NCBI GenBank assembly: GCA_046331385.1
Contig: JAXLQW010000001.1
Span: 497,596 to 561,595 of the forward strand
Length of the DNA: 64,000 nt
Direction: 5' to 3'
Source: Thermoanaerobaculia bacterium
GTDB lineage: Bacteria; Acidobacteriota; Thermoanaerobaculia; Multivoradales; JAGPDF01
A program made the position numbers and the translations under genes. The notes beneath the pieces were generated by a model. That model worked only from the letters and a program-made list of their open reading frames with translations, ran no database searches and was not told where the DNA came from. Below, piece by piece: positions 9,208 to 18,140 of this stretch (position 1 is its first letter; each line of letters begins with the position of its first letter).

Positions 9208-10557
9208 ATGGTGAACCTGATCGTGGTCGGGATGCAATGGGGAGACGAAGGCAAGGGGAAGATCGTCGATCTCCTCTCCCCGGCCTTCGATGGCGTCGTC
9301 CGCTACCAGGGCGGCCACAACGCCGGGCACACGGTGAAATTCGCCGATCGCCATTTCTCCCTGCAGCTGATTCCCTCGGGCATCCTCCATCCCGGAATGG
9401 ACTGCGTGCTCGGCAACGGCATGGTGATCGCGCCCGACGCCTTCTTCACCGAAGTCGAGCGGCTGGAAAAGGAGGGGGTGCGGGTCGAGAAGCGCCTCTT
9501 CGTGTCGAATCGCGCGCACGCGCTGCTGCCGCCGCACGCCCTTCTCGATCGCGCCCGCGAGAGCGCGATGGGCGCCGGCGCCATCGGCACCACGGCGCGC
9601 GGCATCGGTCCGGCCTACGAGAGCAAGGTCTCGCGCTACGGCCTGCGGCTCGGCGAGCTCGCCGAGCCGGATCTCGAGACGCGCCTGCGCGCCGTGCTCG
9701 AGCGCATGCAGCGCGAGCTCGGCGAGCGCTCGGCGGAGCCCTTGCCGCACCCGGCGAGGCTCGCCGATCAGTGCCGCTCGTGGTCGGCGCGTCTGGCGCC
9801 TTATCTGCGCGACACCGAGGAGCTGTTGCACGAGTGGCTGGGCAACGGCCGCAGCCTGCTCTTCGAGGGCGCCCAGGGCACGCTGCTCGACGTCGACCAC
9901 GGCACCTACCCCTACGTCACTTCGAGCAACTCGACCGCCGGCGGCGCCTGCACCGGCAGCGGCGTGCCGCCGACCGCGATCGACGGCGTGCTCGGCATCG
10001 TCAAGGCCTACACCACCCGGGTCGGCGGCGGGCCCTTCCCCGGCGAGCTCACCGACGAGCGCGGCGAGTACCTGCGCCAGCGCGGCAACGAGTTCGGCAC
10101 GGTCACCGGCCGCCCGCGGCGCTGCGGTTGGTTCGATGCGGTAGCGGTGCGCTACGCCCGCCAGTTGAACGGCACGGAGATCCTGGCGTTGACCAAGCTC
10201 GACGTACTCGACACGCTGCCCGAGATCCCGGTCTGCATCGCTTACCGCATCGACGGCCGGGAGGTGCGGCATCTGCCCTCGAGTCAGCGCGCGCTCGAGC
10301 GCGCCGAGCCGGTGTTCAAGGTCCTCAAGGGTTGGGAGAAGCCGACCAACGGGATCCTCGACTACGAGGCGCTGCCGCGCGCGGCGCGCGAGTACGTCGA
10401 TTTCCTGGAGCAGCAGGTCGATGCGCGCATCGCCATCCTGTCCACCGGACCGCGGCGCGAGGAGACGATCGTGCGCGAGAGCCCGACGATGTCGCGCTGG
10501 TTGGCGAGCAAGATGGTGCGCGTGCTCGCCGAGCGCAGCGGCAGCTATCCGCTATAA
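9208..10557 (+). CDS. purA: Adenylosuccinate synthetase
   Basis: N-terminus MVNLIVVGMQWGDEGKGKIVDLL..YQGGHNAGHTV matches the PurA P-loop and GHNAGHT signature. Full length, 449 aa. Confidence 0.95.
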   Translation: MVNLIVVGMQWGDEGKGKIVDLLSPAFDGVVRYQGGHNAGHTVKFADRHFSLQLIPSGILHPGMDCVLGNGMVIAPDAFFTEVERLEKEGVRVEKRLFVSNRAHALLPPHALLDRARESAMGAGAIGTTARGIGPAYESKVSRYGLRLGELAEPDLETRLRAVLERMQRELGERSAEPLPHPARLADQCRSWSARLAPYLRDTEELLHEWLGNGRSLLFEGAQGTLLDVDHGTYPYVTSSNSTAGGACTGSGVPPTAIDGVLGIVKAYTTRVGGGPFPGELTDERGEYLRQRGNEFGTVTGRPRRCGWFDAVAVRYARQLNGTEILALTKLDVLDTLPEIPVCIAYRIDGREVRHLPSSQRALERAEPVFKVLKGWEKPTNGILDYEALPRAAREYVDFLEQQVDARIAILSTGPRREETIVRESPTMSRWLASKMVRVLAERSGSYPL

Positions 10558-10570
10558 TGCGCCGCGCGCG

Positions 10571-10646
<76 letters not shown>

Positions 10647-10678
10647 ACCCGAGCTCTCCCCGCCGCACGCCGCACGAC

Positions 10679-10756
10679 CGGCCCCATCGTCTAGCCCGGT
10701 CCAGGACATCGCCCTTTCAAGGCGCAAACACGGGTTCGAATCCCGTTGGGGCTACC
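10679..10756 (+). tRNA. tRNA-Glu (anticodon TTC)
   Basis: The tcgtctag D-arm and the anticodon loop ctttcaa flanked by tcgcc/ggcgc give anticodon TTC. T-arm acggg-ttcgaat-cccgt. Acceptor ggcccca/tggggct. CCA is encoded. Boundaries are ±2 nt. Confidence 0.8.
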
Positions 10757-11085
10757 AATCCTCGCTTCGCTCGCTCGACACCTCGGCCGGGATCCGGTCC
10801 TGCCTGGGCCTGAACGGCCCGGCAGGTGGCGAATCCCGTTGGGGCTACCAATCCTCGCTTCGCTCGCTCGACACCTCGGCCGGGATCCGGTCCTGCCCGG
10901 GCCTGAACGTCCCGGCAGGAGGCGAATCCCGTTGGGGCTACCAAACCTCGCTTCGCTCGCTCGACACCTCGGCCGGGATCCGGTCCTGCCTGGGCCTGAA
11001 CGGCCCGGCAGGCGGCGAATCCCGTTGGGGCTACCAAACCTCGCTGCGCTCGGGACCAACTCGGCGGGATAAGGCGTCGCTGGGA
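10757..11085 (+). repeat. Tandem array of ~93-bp units, each reiterating the last ~22 nt of tRNA-Glu (gcgaatcccgttggggctacca) plus a ~72-nt spacer with a 12-bp hairpin; three pseudo-copies follow the genuine tRNA 3' end
   Basis: gcgaatcccgttggggctacca recurs at about 10829, 10922 and 11015. The spacer is atcctcgcttcgctcgctcgacacctcggccgggatccggtcctgcctgggcctgaacggcccggcagg. The last unit has a divergent tail, ...ctcgctgcgctcgggaccaactcggcggg. Confidence 0.8.
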
Positions 11086-11472
11086 TGAACGGGGCCTCTG
11101 CACACGCACAGGCCGCGTCGGCAGTGGCGATGCGAGCGCCGCGAGGATCGTCGTTTCGACGCTCCCGAGTGGCGCGCTGCGTCGCCCGCAACCTAACCGT
11201 TGCCGGCGCGTATCAGCCGCCTAAGCTCACCTCATGCGGCACCTCCGAGTACTCAAGCCAGGCAAACTTCGTAACGAGGCGCGCAAGCCCTCTCGCGGAT
11301 TCGTCGAAGCGTCGATGCGGACGGTTCGACCCTTGGACGCGAAACTCCATCCGGCGCTCGATCGGGCCCAGCAGCGTTCGGTCGAAGGACAAGTGGCTTG
11401 CCTGGACGAAAACCGACGGACCGCCCCGAGCCGCGCCAAGCGTGTCGACCGCAGCCCGCACGGAGGGAGACG

Positions 11473-13539
11473 ATGACGATCAGCCGACGAGCCTTTCTCA
11501 AAGCTGCAGCAGCCATCGGTGCTTCGCTCGCATGGGTCGGACCGGCGCGAGGTTCGCGGGTCCACTGGCACGAGCGGCGCGATCTCTATCCTCAAGGGGT
11601 CGCCTCGGGCGATCCCGATCCGAGGAGCGTCATCCTGTGGACGAGGCGTCCGTTTGCCCAGGGCACGCGCGAGCTGCTCACCGTCGAGGTCGCCGAGGAC
11701 GAGGGCTTCCACCGGGTCGTTGCGCACGCCAAGGCCCCGGTCTCCCTCGCCGCGGACTGGACCGCGCGCGTGCTCATCGGCGGACTCGAGCCGGCACGCA
11801 CTTACTGGTATCGCTTCACCGACAGCGACGGCAACGGCAGCCGGGTCGGCCGCACGATCACCGCGCCGTTGCCCGAAGATCCCCGCGCGGTGAACTTCGC
11901 CTTCGTCAGCTGCCAGGACGTCAACGAAGGCAAGCTCAACGGCTATCGCCGGATGATCTACGAAGACGAGCGGGCGCCTGTCGCCGAGCAGCTCGGCTTT
12001 GTGTTGCACCTGGGCGATTTCATCTACGAGGTCGTCGAGTATCCCGACGAGGTCAAGACACGCTACGACCGCACGATCTACGAGGTCGCACGCCTTCCGG
12101 ACAGCCACAAGGTCGGCAACTTCCACATCCCGCTGACCGTCGAGGGCTACCGCGCGATCTACAAAGGCTATCTCGTCGATCCCGACCTCCAGGACGCGCG
12201 CGCCCGCTGGCCGTTCGTCTGCATCTGGGACAACCACGAGTTCTCCTGGCAGGGTTGGCAGAGCACCGTCAAGGCAGGGAAGTTCGAGCAACCCGCCCCG
12301 AGCATCAAGATCGCGGCGAATCAGGCCTGGTTCGAATACCTCCCCGCGCGCGTCGCGCCGCCGAGCGGGTCGCTCGACCAGTTCGGTCCGCCCGCCGTGA
12401 AGGACGGAGTTCCCATCCAGGAGCTCGACGACAGCGGTCTGGGGCTGGAGCCGAACAACCTGACGGCGATCCACAGCCTCAAGGCCTACCGGACGCTGCG
12501 CTATGGCCGGAACCTGGATCTGATCGTCACCGACCAGCACAGCTACCGCAGCGCGGATTGCTTCAGCGATCCGTCGCTGGGGAATCTCGGCGGCGACGAG
12601 TTCATCTCCATGTTTCCCGAGTCTCTGATGAAGGTCCTCGATGGCGGGCGCGCCGCGAACGGGGGCCATCCTCCGGCGGAGATCCGCTTCAACGACGCGC
12701 ACGTCCCCAATCCGCAACGCAACGCGCCGCCGCAGACGATCCTCGGGGCGGAGCAGAAGGCGTGGTTCAAGGAGAGGCTCCGGAGCTCGACGGCTTCGTG
12801 GAAGATCTGGGCCAACTCCCAGGGCACGCTCGACCAGCGCGCCGACCCGCAGAACCTGCCCGCGGGTCTCACCAAGGAACCCTGGCCCGCAGACGGCGGG
12901 TACGCAGCCATGAGCGGCGGCGACTACGGCAGCGCATACATGGAGCGCGCCGAGATCTACCAGCTCGTGCGCGATTCGCAGGTGTCGGGCTTCGCCATCG
13001 TCTCGGGCGACCTCCACAGCTTCTGGGCCGGCTATGCGGCCGCCGAGCTTCCACCCGGCAAGTTCGACCCCGTCGGCCTGAGCTTCGTCGGCGCCTCGCT
13101 GACCAGCCCGGGCGCCATGGAAGCGCAGGAGCACAATCTGCCGAAGGACATTCCGCTCCGGTCGCTGTTTCTCGCCGACAAGCCGTCGGGGCCACCGGAC
13201 TGGACCCACAACATGCTGCTCCGGCACGGCGTTCGCTCCTGTCTCGAGTACGCCAAGAGCTTCGATCTCGCGCGCGCCCGAGCGCTCTCCAACCCGGATC
13301 TCGCGCCGCACCTCGAGTTCGTGGATCTCGGAGGGCACGGGTACGCGAAGGTCCGGCTGTCGGCCGACGAGATGCGCACCGAGTTCGTCTGCATTCCGCG
13401 CCCGATTGCGCGCAGCGAACGACCGGACGGCGGGCCCATTCGGTATCGGGTCGAGCTCACTGCCGCACTCTGGAAGAGCGGAGAGCGCCCCCGGCTCAAG
13501 ACCTCGGTCCTCGAAGGCGACGTCGGGCTGTCGATCTGA
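11473..13539 (+). CDS. phoD: Tat-secreted PhoD-like phosphatase/phosphodiesterase (alkaline phosphatase D family)
   Basis: Twin-arginine signal MTISRRAFLKAAAAIGASLA. PhoD motifs are present: FVSCQD, HLGDFIYE, WDNHEF. Start trimmed to the ATG at 11473, preceded by a ggaggga RBS. Confidence 0.8.
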   Translation: MTISRRAFLKAAAAIGASLAWVGPARGSRVHWHERRDLYPQGVASGDPDPRSVILWTRRPFAQGTRELLTVEVAEDEGFHRVVAHAKAPVSLAADWTARVLIGGLEPARTYWYRFTDSDGNGSRVGRTITAPLPEDPRAVNFAFVSCQDVNEGKLNGYRRMIYEDERAPVAEQLGFVLHLGDFIYEVVEYPDEVKTRYDRTIYEVARLPDSHKVGNFHIPLTVEGYRAIYKGYLVDPDLQDARARWPFVCIWDNHEFSWQGWQSTVKAGKFEQPAPSIKIAANQAWFEYLPARVAPPSGSLDQFGPPAVKDGVPIQELDDSGLGLEPNNLTAIHSLKAYRTLRYGRNLDLIVTDQHSYRSADCFSDPSLGNLGGDEFISMFPESLMKVLDGGRAANGGHPPAEIRFNDAHVPNPQRNAPPQTILGAEQKAWFKERLRSSTASWKIWANSQGTLDQRADPQNLPAGLTKEPWPADGGYAAMSGGDYGSAYMERAEIYQLVRDSQVSGFAIVSGDLHSFWAGYAAAELPPGKFDPVGLSFVGASLTSPGAMEAQEHNLPKDIPLRSLFLADKPSGPPDWTHNMLLRHGVRSCLEYAKSFDLARARALSNPDLAPHLEFVDLGGHGYAKVRLSADEMRTEFVCIPRPIARSERPDGGPIRYRVELTAALWKSGERPRLKTSVLEGDVGLSI

Positions 13540-13547
13540 CCGGCCCG

Positions 13548-13645
13548 CGATCTGGGCCTGAACGGCCCGGCCGGCGGCGAATCGCGTTGGGGTTACCGCC
13601 GCTTTCTGCGCTCGATTCCAACTCGACGGGTTTCGGGATCATTCT
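13548..13645 (+). repeat. Degenerate copy of the tRNA-Glu 3'-end repeat unit, forming the right-hand direct repeat around the phoD segment
   Basis: ctgggcctgaacggcccggccggcggcgaatcgcgttggggttaccgccgctttctgcgctcgattccaactcgacggg is ~85% identical to the last unit of the 10757-11085 array. Confidence 0.65.
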
Positions 13646-13766
13646 CCCGGAGTGCCCGCGGATGGCGCATGGCTCCAGGGCCGCCTGCGCCCCGAGGGCG
13701 GTGGCCACGTCATCCCTTCCGCGCGCCGGGTAGGATTCGCCGTCGAATTGGAAAGGACGCTGAACC

Positions 13767-14600
13767 ATGAACAGGATCTGCCTCGTTTTCGGCCTCGGCC
13801 TGCTGACCGCCGCCACCGCCCGGGCGGGAAGCGGGCCGTTTTTCGACACTTACAGCCACGGCATGGAGGTCGGAGAGCTCGAGCTCGAGCTCGGAGTCGA
13901 CGCGGTGCGCTCGCCGCGAGGCGAGTGGACCTACGGACAGGTGGCCGAGTTGGAGCGCGGCTTCGATCCGCACTTCGCCTCGGCGCTCTACCTCCTGGGT
14001 ACCTGGGCGCCCGGAGAGTCGCCGCGGATCGACGGCTTCAAACTTCAGGGGCGCTTCCGCCCTTGGCTGGCGAACAACTTCTTCCTCCCGGTCTTCTACT
14101 TGGAGTACGAACAGTTCCATCATCCCGAGACCTATCGCGAGCTGGTCGTGGGCACGCTCGAAGAAGAAGAGGCGGGAGAGTTCGCGACCGAACACGAACT
14201 CGAGGGGCGCTTGATCTTCTCGCAGGACTTCGACTGGGGGAATCTGTCGCTCGACTTGGCCGCCGAGAAGAATCTCGACGGCGGCGAGATCGCCGTCGGC
14301 TATACCGTCGGTTTCTTCCTCCTGGGCCCGAATCGGATCTACTCGGGTGCGGCGGCGTTCGATCCGGACGGCGACGGCGACTCGCACCTCCTCTATGGAG
14401 TCGAGCTCTTCGGCGGGCTCGGCGAGCGGGGCGACCTGGGCCTCCACGCCGCGCGTCAGGAGCACTACCTCCAACCCTTCCTTGCGGTCCCGCTCTCCGA
14501 CCGGCTGGCGCTCAAGGCGGCGCTGGCGATCGGTTTGACTTCGGGCTCCGGCGATCTCGTGCGCGCGCTGCTCGTGGTGCGGCTGGGTCGCGCGCTCTAG
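13767..14600 (+). CDS. Hypothetical secreted protein, possibly an outer-membrane beta-barrel
   Basis: Signal peptide MNRICLVFGLGLLTAATARA. Alternating-hydrophobic, Gly/Tyr-rich beta-strand-like segments. No recognisable catalytic motif. Confidence 0.5.
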   Translation: MNRICLVFGLGLLTAATARAGSGPFFDTYSHGMEVGELELELGVDAVRSPRGEWTYGQVAELERGFDPHFASALYLLGTWAPGESPRIDGFKLQGRFRPWLANNFFLPVFYLEYEQFHHPETYRELVVGTLEEEEAGEFATEHELEGRLIFSQDFDWGNLSLDLAAEKNLDGGEIAVGYTVGFFLLGPNRIYSGAAAFDPDGDGDSHLLYGVELFGGLGERGDLGLHAARQEHYLQPFLAVPLSDRLALKAALAIGLTSGSGDLVRALLVVRLGRAL

Positions 14601-14669
14601 GCGCGAGGGAGCTCTTCGCTCGGCAACCGCGCCGAGGTTCGCTGTCGATGAGGGAGCGGGCGCAGGAGC

Positions 14670-15083
14670 TCAGTCGGCGACGCCCGGCACCGCGCCCTCG
14701 CCCTGCGGCTCCAGACCCGCGCTCGCCGGCCGCTTGGCGTAGACCGTGGCGGGCTTTTGCAGCAGCCCGTTGTGCACGATGACGTCGTCCTCGCCGCCGA
14801 GCTCGCCGTCGGCGCCGAGGGAGACCAGGTCGTAGTGCCCGTCGTCGATCCTGCGGTATTGGAGCGGGTGCCCCCACGGATCCTCGAATGGCAGAGCGAC
14901 GCGCAGCAACGGGTCGATCTCCGCCAGCGCGTGGGGGTAGGTGTAGTTGCCCTCGGACGACGTCGCCAGGTGGTGGTTGAGGGCGTCGGCCCAGGTGATC
15001 AAGAGGTGCTCGGCGTCGCTTCGCTTGCCGCCGCAGGCGGCGAGCAGGGCGGCGATCGCCAGCGCCAACGCGATCCTTTTCAT
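14670..15083 (-). CDS. Small lipoprotein, unknown function
   Basis: Start trimmed to the ATG at 15081-15083 (MKRIALALAIAALLAACGG), which gives a lipobox LAAC. The upstream part of the ORF is GC-rich junk. Confidence 0.55.
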   Translation of the reverse strand: MKRIALALAIAALLAACGGKRSDAEHLLITWADALNHHLATSSEGNYTYPHALAEIDPLLRVALPFEDPWGHPLQYRRIDDGHYDLVSLGADGELGGEDDVIVHNGLLQKPATVYAKRPASAGLEPQGEGAVPGVAD

Positions 15084-15254
15084 GCGCGACCCTCCTCCGG
15101 AGTCCTGGTGCGCGAGTCTACCGCCGCCGCGGGTCCCGCCGCGCGCGGCTCCGGACGAGCCAGCGAAGCGCGAGCCGAGCGCCATCGAGGGTCGGTCTCG
15201 AGCCTCATGCGCGTTCGGACCGCGCGCCAGGGGACCGGATTGCGTCGCCCGCCC

Positions 15255-16271
15255 TCACCCGGGGCGACGCCGCGAGGCGGCTCGCAGCGCGGAGCCCTCG
15301 ATTTCCACCAGTAGGTCGCGGCGGCACACATCCGCTTCGAGATAGATCGCGCGCGAACCGGGAGCGAGCGCTGGGCCGAGCTTGGAACGGACCGCTTCGA
15401 AGTGGTCCGCGTCGCGCAGGTAGACCTTGACCAGGTCGAGGTCGGCGAGCCGGAGTCGCGGCTCGCCCGGGGCGCGAGGAATCTGCTCGAGAATGGCGTC
15501 GATGTTGCGCAGCGTCTCGCCGAGCTGCCGGTCGATCGAGCCCGCGTGCACCGTCGCGTGGCCGACGATGCTCGCGGTGCCCGAGAGGAAGAACGCGGCA
15601 CCCGGCCGAGGGGCGGCGAGCGTCGCGCGGCTGAACGAGGGCGGCCTCGGGCCATAGGTCTCGGGGTACCGGAAAGCGCTCACTTGGCGCGGATTCTCCA
15701 GGTGCGTCGCCGGCCTCGCCGAGGCCAGGAACACCGTCAGCGAGTGCGAGCCCGGAGATCCGACCGCGGAGGAGGCCGGATACTCGAGCTCCGGGGCCGG
15801 ATCGGCGCTCGCCGCGAACGCCGCGGCGCGGCCGACGTTGAACCGCCGATAGCGCTCGTCGTCGCCGTCTCCCCGGTTGATGGCGGGCAGGTAGTTCCAG
15901 ACGCGGAGCAAGTGCGGGTAGCCGCGCCGCGCGATCAGATCCAGCAGGCCGGCGAAGTGGAGGCGCGTCGCTTCCGTCAGGTCGCCGTGCTCGGCGCGAC
16001 GGCTGCACCCGAGGAGCACCTGCCCGTTCTCGCTCCAGCGAAACGGATCGGCGTCGAAGCTGCGCGCCGCGCGCCGCGAATGCCAGATCTCGCTGAGCGG
16101 ACCGGCTCCGAGCACGCGATTGGGTATCGCGACGCGAACCCCCTCGGGAGAGCGCGGCTCCACCTTGCCACCGTAGTCGACGCGGAGCAGCAGGCGCTCG
16201 CCGAGCTCCGCCGCCCGGTGCGCCGCTCGGTCAGCGCCGAGCAGATCGAGGCATAGCTCTGCCGAGGGCAC
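15255..16271 (-). CDS. RidA/YjgF-fold protein, possibly FkbO/Hyg5-type chorismatase family
   Basis: The C-terminal half has a RidA-like pattern (FFLSGTAS...GSIDRQLGETLRNIDAILEQ...VKVYLRDADHFEAV...LVEIEGSA). At 338 aa it may carry two tandem YjgF-like domains. The family call is tentative. Confidence 0.4.
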   Translation of the reverse strand: MPSAELCLDLLGADRAAHRAAELGERLLLRVDYGGKVEPRSPEGVRVAIPNRVLGAGPLSEIWHSRRAARSFDADPFRWSENGQVLLGCSRRAEHGDLTEATRLHFAGLLDLIARRGYPHLLRVWNYLPAINRGDGDDERYRRFNVGRAAAFAASADPAPELEYPASSAVGSPGSHSLTVFLASARPATHLENPRQVSAFRYPETYGPRPPSFSRATLAAPRPGAAFFLSGTASIVGHATVHAGSIDRQLGETLRNIDAILEQIPRAPGEPRLRLADLDLVKVYLRDADHFEAVRSKLGPALAPGSRAIYLEADVCRRDLLVEIEGSALRAASRRRPG

Positions 16272-16357
16272 GCCCGCGCATCGTAAGGGCGGGGGCTCGG
16301 ATCGGGGATGACGGCCGTCATAGGTGCCCGGCCTGGCGGGCGCTAGCTTGCCGCCGA

Positions 16358-18085
16358 ATGATCGGCTCGAGGTTCCCTTGGCGCCCTCCTCGCCGGGGCG
16401 TGGCGCTCGCTCTCGCCGCCCTCGCCGGCTCGGCGATGGCGGCGCTGATCCCGATGACCGCCGCCGACTTCTGGGTCGCGGGCACGCAGACCGGCGACGT
16501 CGAAGAGGGGACCCTCCTGCCGGCGACCAACTGCCGCGCCTGCCACGGCAACTTCGATCCGGGGCGCGATCCCTGGTCGACCTGGGCCGGAAGCCTGATG
16601 GGTCTGGCGGGCCGCGATCCGCTGTTCTACGCCCAGCTGACGGCGGCCAATCAGGACGTCGGAGAGGTCGGAACCTTCTGTCTTCGCTGCCACGTACCCC
16701 TGGCCGTGATCAGCGGCCACGCCGCGGATCCCACGGGAGCGGCGCTGACCGACGACGACCGGGGCGGCGTCGATTGCCACTTCTGCCACAGCCTCGTCGA
16801 CCCGATGTACGTGGCCGGGACGAGCCCGCCCGAGGACGAAGCGGTGCTCGCCGGCCTCGCGAATCCGCCCGCCCACGTCGGCAACGCGATGTTCGTGGTC
16901 GACCCCGAGGGGCGGCGGCGGGGACCGTATTCCGACGCTAACCCGCCTCACCTCGCCTTGTCCTCGCCCTTCCACCGCCGAGCCCAGCTTTGCGGTACCT
17001 GCCACGACGTCGGCAATCTCGCGGTGTCCCGCCAGCCGGACGGGACCTACCGGTACAACGCGATCGGAGCCCCAAGTCCCGACCCCGACCCGCACGGCCA
17101 GTTCCCGCTCGAGCGCACCTTCACCGAGTGGCTGCTCAGCAGTTTCGCCAACGGCGGAGTCGACCTGGGAGGTCGATTCGGCGGCTCGCGCGGCCCTCGC
17201 GTCTCGACCTGCCAGGACTGTCATATGCCGACCCATACGGGGCGCGGCTGCTTCGCCGGACCGGAGCGGACCGACCTGGCGAGTCACGAGTTCGCCGGCG
17301 CGGCGGTTCCGGTCCTCGACCTGATCGCGGCGCAGCTCGAGTCGGACCCGAATCCGCCGGTCGATCCCAAGCAGTTGATGCTCGCGCGCGAGCGGGCGCT
17401 CTCGATGCTCCAGCGCGCCGCGAGCCTGGCGCTCTTCGAGCGCGACGGGTTGGTCGTCGCGCGGCTGGTCAATCAGACCGGGCACAAGCTGCCGACCGGG
17501 CACATCGAGGGCCGGAGGATGTGGCTGCACGTCCGCTTCCTCGACCCCGACGGCGAGGTCCTCGCCGAGTACGGTCACTACGACGCCGAGCAGGCCGAGC
17601 TCGACGAGGAGACGACGACGGTTTTCGAGATGCGGGTCGGCCTGAGCGAGGAGGCGGCCGCGGCCACGGGATTGCCGGCGGGAGTCACCGGTCACATGGC
17701 GCTTGCCGACTCGATCGTCGAAGACAATCGGATCCCCCCCCGCGGGTTCGATCCGGCGGCCTTCGCGGCGGCGGGCGCCCCGGCCGTCGGCGCCGCCTAC
17801 GCCGAGGGCCAGTTCTGGCACGACTCCATCTTCACGCCGCCGCCGGGTGCCGTCCGGGCGGAGTGCGAGGTCTACTACCAGAGCCTCCCGCGCCGATACG
17901 TCGAGGCGCTGCGCGATGGCAACGTGACCGACGACCGCGGCAAGGAGCTGGAAGAGCTGTGGGAGCGGACGGGACGGGGCGCGCCGCTGCTCATGACGGC
18001 GGCCAGCGCATTCATGACCGGGTCCTTGTTTTCCGACGGATTCGAGTCCGGCACGACCTACGCTTGGGGCGATCCGCAACCGTGA
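16358..18085 (+). CDS. Secreted pentaheme c-type cytochrome carrying the shared C-terminal tag LFSDGFESGTTYAWGDPQP
   Basis: Signal peptide MIGSRFPWRPPRRGVALALAALAGSAMAA. Five CxxCH motifs are present: CRACH, CLRCH, CHFCH, CGTCH, CQDCH. The C-terminal 18 aa match the tag at 4024 and 44159. Confidence 0.8.
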   Translation: MIGSRFPWRPPRRGVALALAALAGSAMAALIPMTAADFWVAGTQTGDVEEGTLLPATNCRACHGNFDPGRDPWSTWAGSLMGLAGRDPLFYAQLTAANQDVGEVGTFCLRCHVPLAVISGHAADPTGAALTDDDRGGVDCHFCHSLVDPMYVAGTSPPEDEAVLAGLANPPAHVGNAMFVVDPEGRRRGPYSDANPPHLALSSPFHRRAQLCGTCHDVGNLAVSRQPDGTYRYNAIGAPSPDPDPHGQFPLERTFTEWLLSSFANGGVDLGGRFGGSRGPRVSTCQDCHMPTHTGRGCFAGPERTDLASHEFAGAAVPVLDLIAAQLESDPNPPVDPKQLMLARERALSMLQRAASLALFERDGLVVARLVNQTGHKLPTGHIEGRRMWLHVRFLDPDGEVLAEYGHYDAEQAELDEETTTVFEMRVGLSEEAAAATGLPAGVTGHMALADSIVEDNRIPPRGFDPAAFAAAGAPAVGAAYAEGQFWHDSIFTPPPGAVRAECEVYYQSLPRRYVEALRDGNVTDDRGKELEELWERTGRGAPLLMTAASAFMTGSLFSDGFESGTTYAWGDPQP

Positions 18086-18140
18086 GCGGCTCGCCAGGGC
18101 GCGCGGCCCGGGTCGCGGTCGGTTCGGAGAGCCGTCCGCG

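Noticed and set aside
10746-11072. A 108-aa ORF with a perfectly repeated peptide (LGLPILASLARHLGRDPVLPGPERPGR x3).
   Set aside because: It is a translation of the tandem tRNA-Glu 3'-end nucleotide repeat. Periodicity arises from the DNA repeat, not from a repeat protein, and there is no start context or RBS.
14670-15185. The full 171-aa extent of the lipoprotein ORF.
   Set aside because: The first 34 codons are Gly/Arg-rich with no signal. A canonical lipoprotein signal with lipobox LAAC begins at the internal ATG at 15081-15083, so the gene was trimmed to 14670-15083.
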